Of a stretch of 64,000 nucleotides of DNA, positions 63,450-64,000 are shown in pieces. Both the position numbers and the translations under genes were made by a program. The notes beneath the pieces are model-generated. The model did not search any database. It was not told where the DNA came from and worked only from the letters and a program-made list of their open reading frames with translations. Numbering within the stretch: the stretch's first letter is position 1; each line of letters begins with the position of its first letter. The stretch comes from Negaprion brevirostris. Its lineage: Eukaryota. The stretch covers positions 107,246,678 through 107,310,677 of the forward strand of contig JARDVH010000163.1 in NCBI GenBank assembly GCA_030324005.1, read 5' to 3'.

Positions 63450-64000
63450 GTCGTAGAGGTTTACAGCATGGAAACGGACCCTTCAGCCCAACTTTTCCAT
63501 GCCACCCTTATTTTTCTTAAACCCTTAAGCTAATCTCAATTGCCCACATTTGGTCCATATCCCTCTATACCCATCATATCCATGTAACTACCTAAATGCT
63601 TTTTAAAAGATAAAATTTTACTCGCCTCTACTACTACCTCTGGCAGCTTGTTCCAGACACTCACCACCCTCTGTGTGGAGAAAAATTGCCCCTCTGGATA
63701 CTTTTGTATCTCTTCCCTCTCACCTTAAACCTATGCCCTGTAGTTTTAGACTCCCTTACCTTTGGGAAAAGATATTNNNNNNNNNNNNNNNNNNNNNNNN
63801 NNNNNNNNNNNNNNNNNNNNNNNNNNNNNNNNNNNNNNNNNNNNNNNNNNNNNNNNNNNNNNNNNNNNNNNNNNNNCTCTCACCTTAAACCTATGCCCTG
63901 TAGTTTTAGACTCCTCTCTCTTTGGGAAAAGATGTTGACTGTCTAGCTGATCTGTGCCCCTCATTATTTTATAGACCTCTATAAAATCACCCCTCAGCCT
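63450..64000 (-). mobile_element. CR1/HER1-type LINE 3' fragment spanning an N gap
   Basis: Tail gtagaggtttacagcatggaaacggacccttcagccc; the body is colinear with 41185-41500. Confidence 0.85.

Noticed and set aside
63717-63915. ctcaccttaaacctatgccctgtagttttagactcc duplicated across a 100-N gap
   Set aside because: Gap-flank overlap inside a CR1 repeat; most likely an assembly artefact.
1-64000. Remaining short ORFs in the six-frame track
   Set aside because: They are short, often have non-ATG starts or span N gaps, and show no recognisable protein similarity except where they overlap the exons or transposon remnants listed.

Overview
This is AT-rich, repeat-dense eukaryotic DNA with scaffold N-gaps. 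Its repeat content (HE1/V-SINE-like, SacSINE1/Deu-SINE-like, CR1/HER1-like and Penelope-like elements) points to a cartilaginous fish, probably a shark. The window lies inside one large plus-strand gene of the ELKS/CAST active-zone family, most likely ERC2. Three coding exons are visible: 2802-2937, 12204-12335 and 28153-28313, with mutually compatible phases. The next expected exon is not in the remaining ~35 kb. The rest is intronic and is largely filled with decayed and nested mobile elements: SINEs; CR1, L2 and Rex-Babar LINEs; Penelope-like elements; a Harbinger fossil; and MITEs. Four observations stand out. (i) Three distinct Penelope-derived families each carry a minimal type I hammerhead-ribozyme motif, and one is a short non-coding palindrome with two hammerheads fused back to back. 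(ii) The gene is ERC2-like yet carries the 132-nt cassette exon known from ERC1. (iii) There are candidate unannotated micro, terminal or poison exons with nearby RBFOX/QKI motifs. (iv) A ~280-bp foldback lies upstream of the third exon. Family names and human protein comparisons are from memory, not database searches. Repeat boundaries are approximate unless a TSD or TIR is given.
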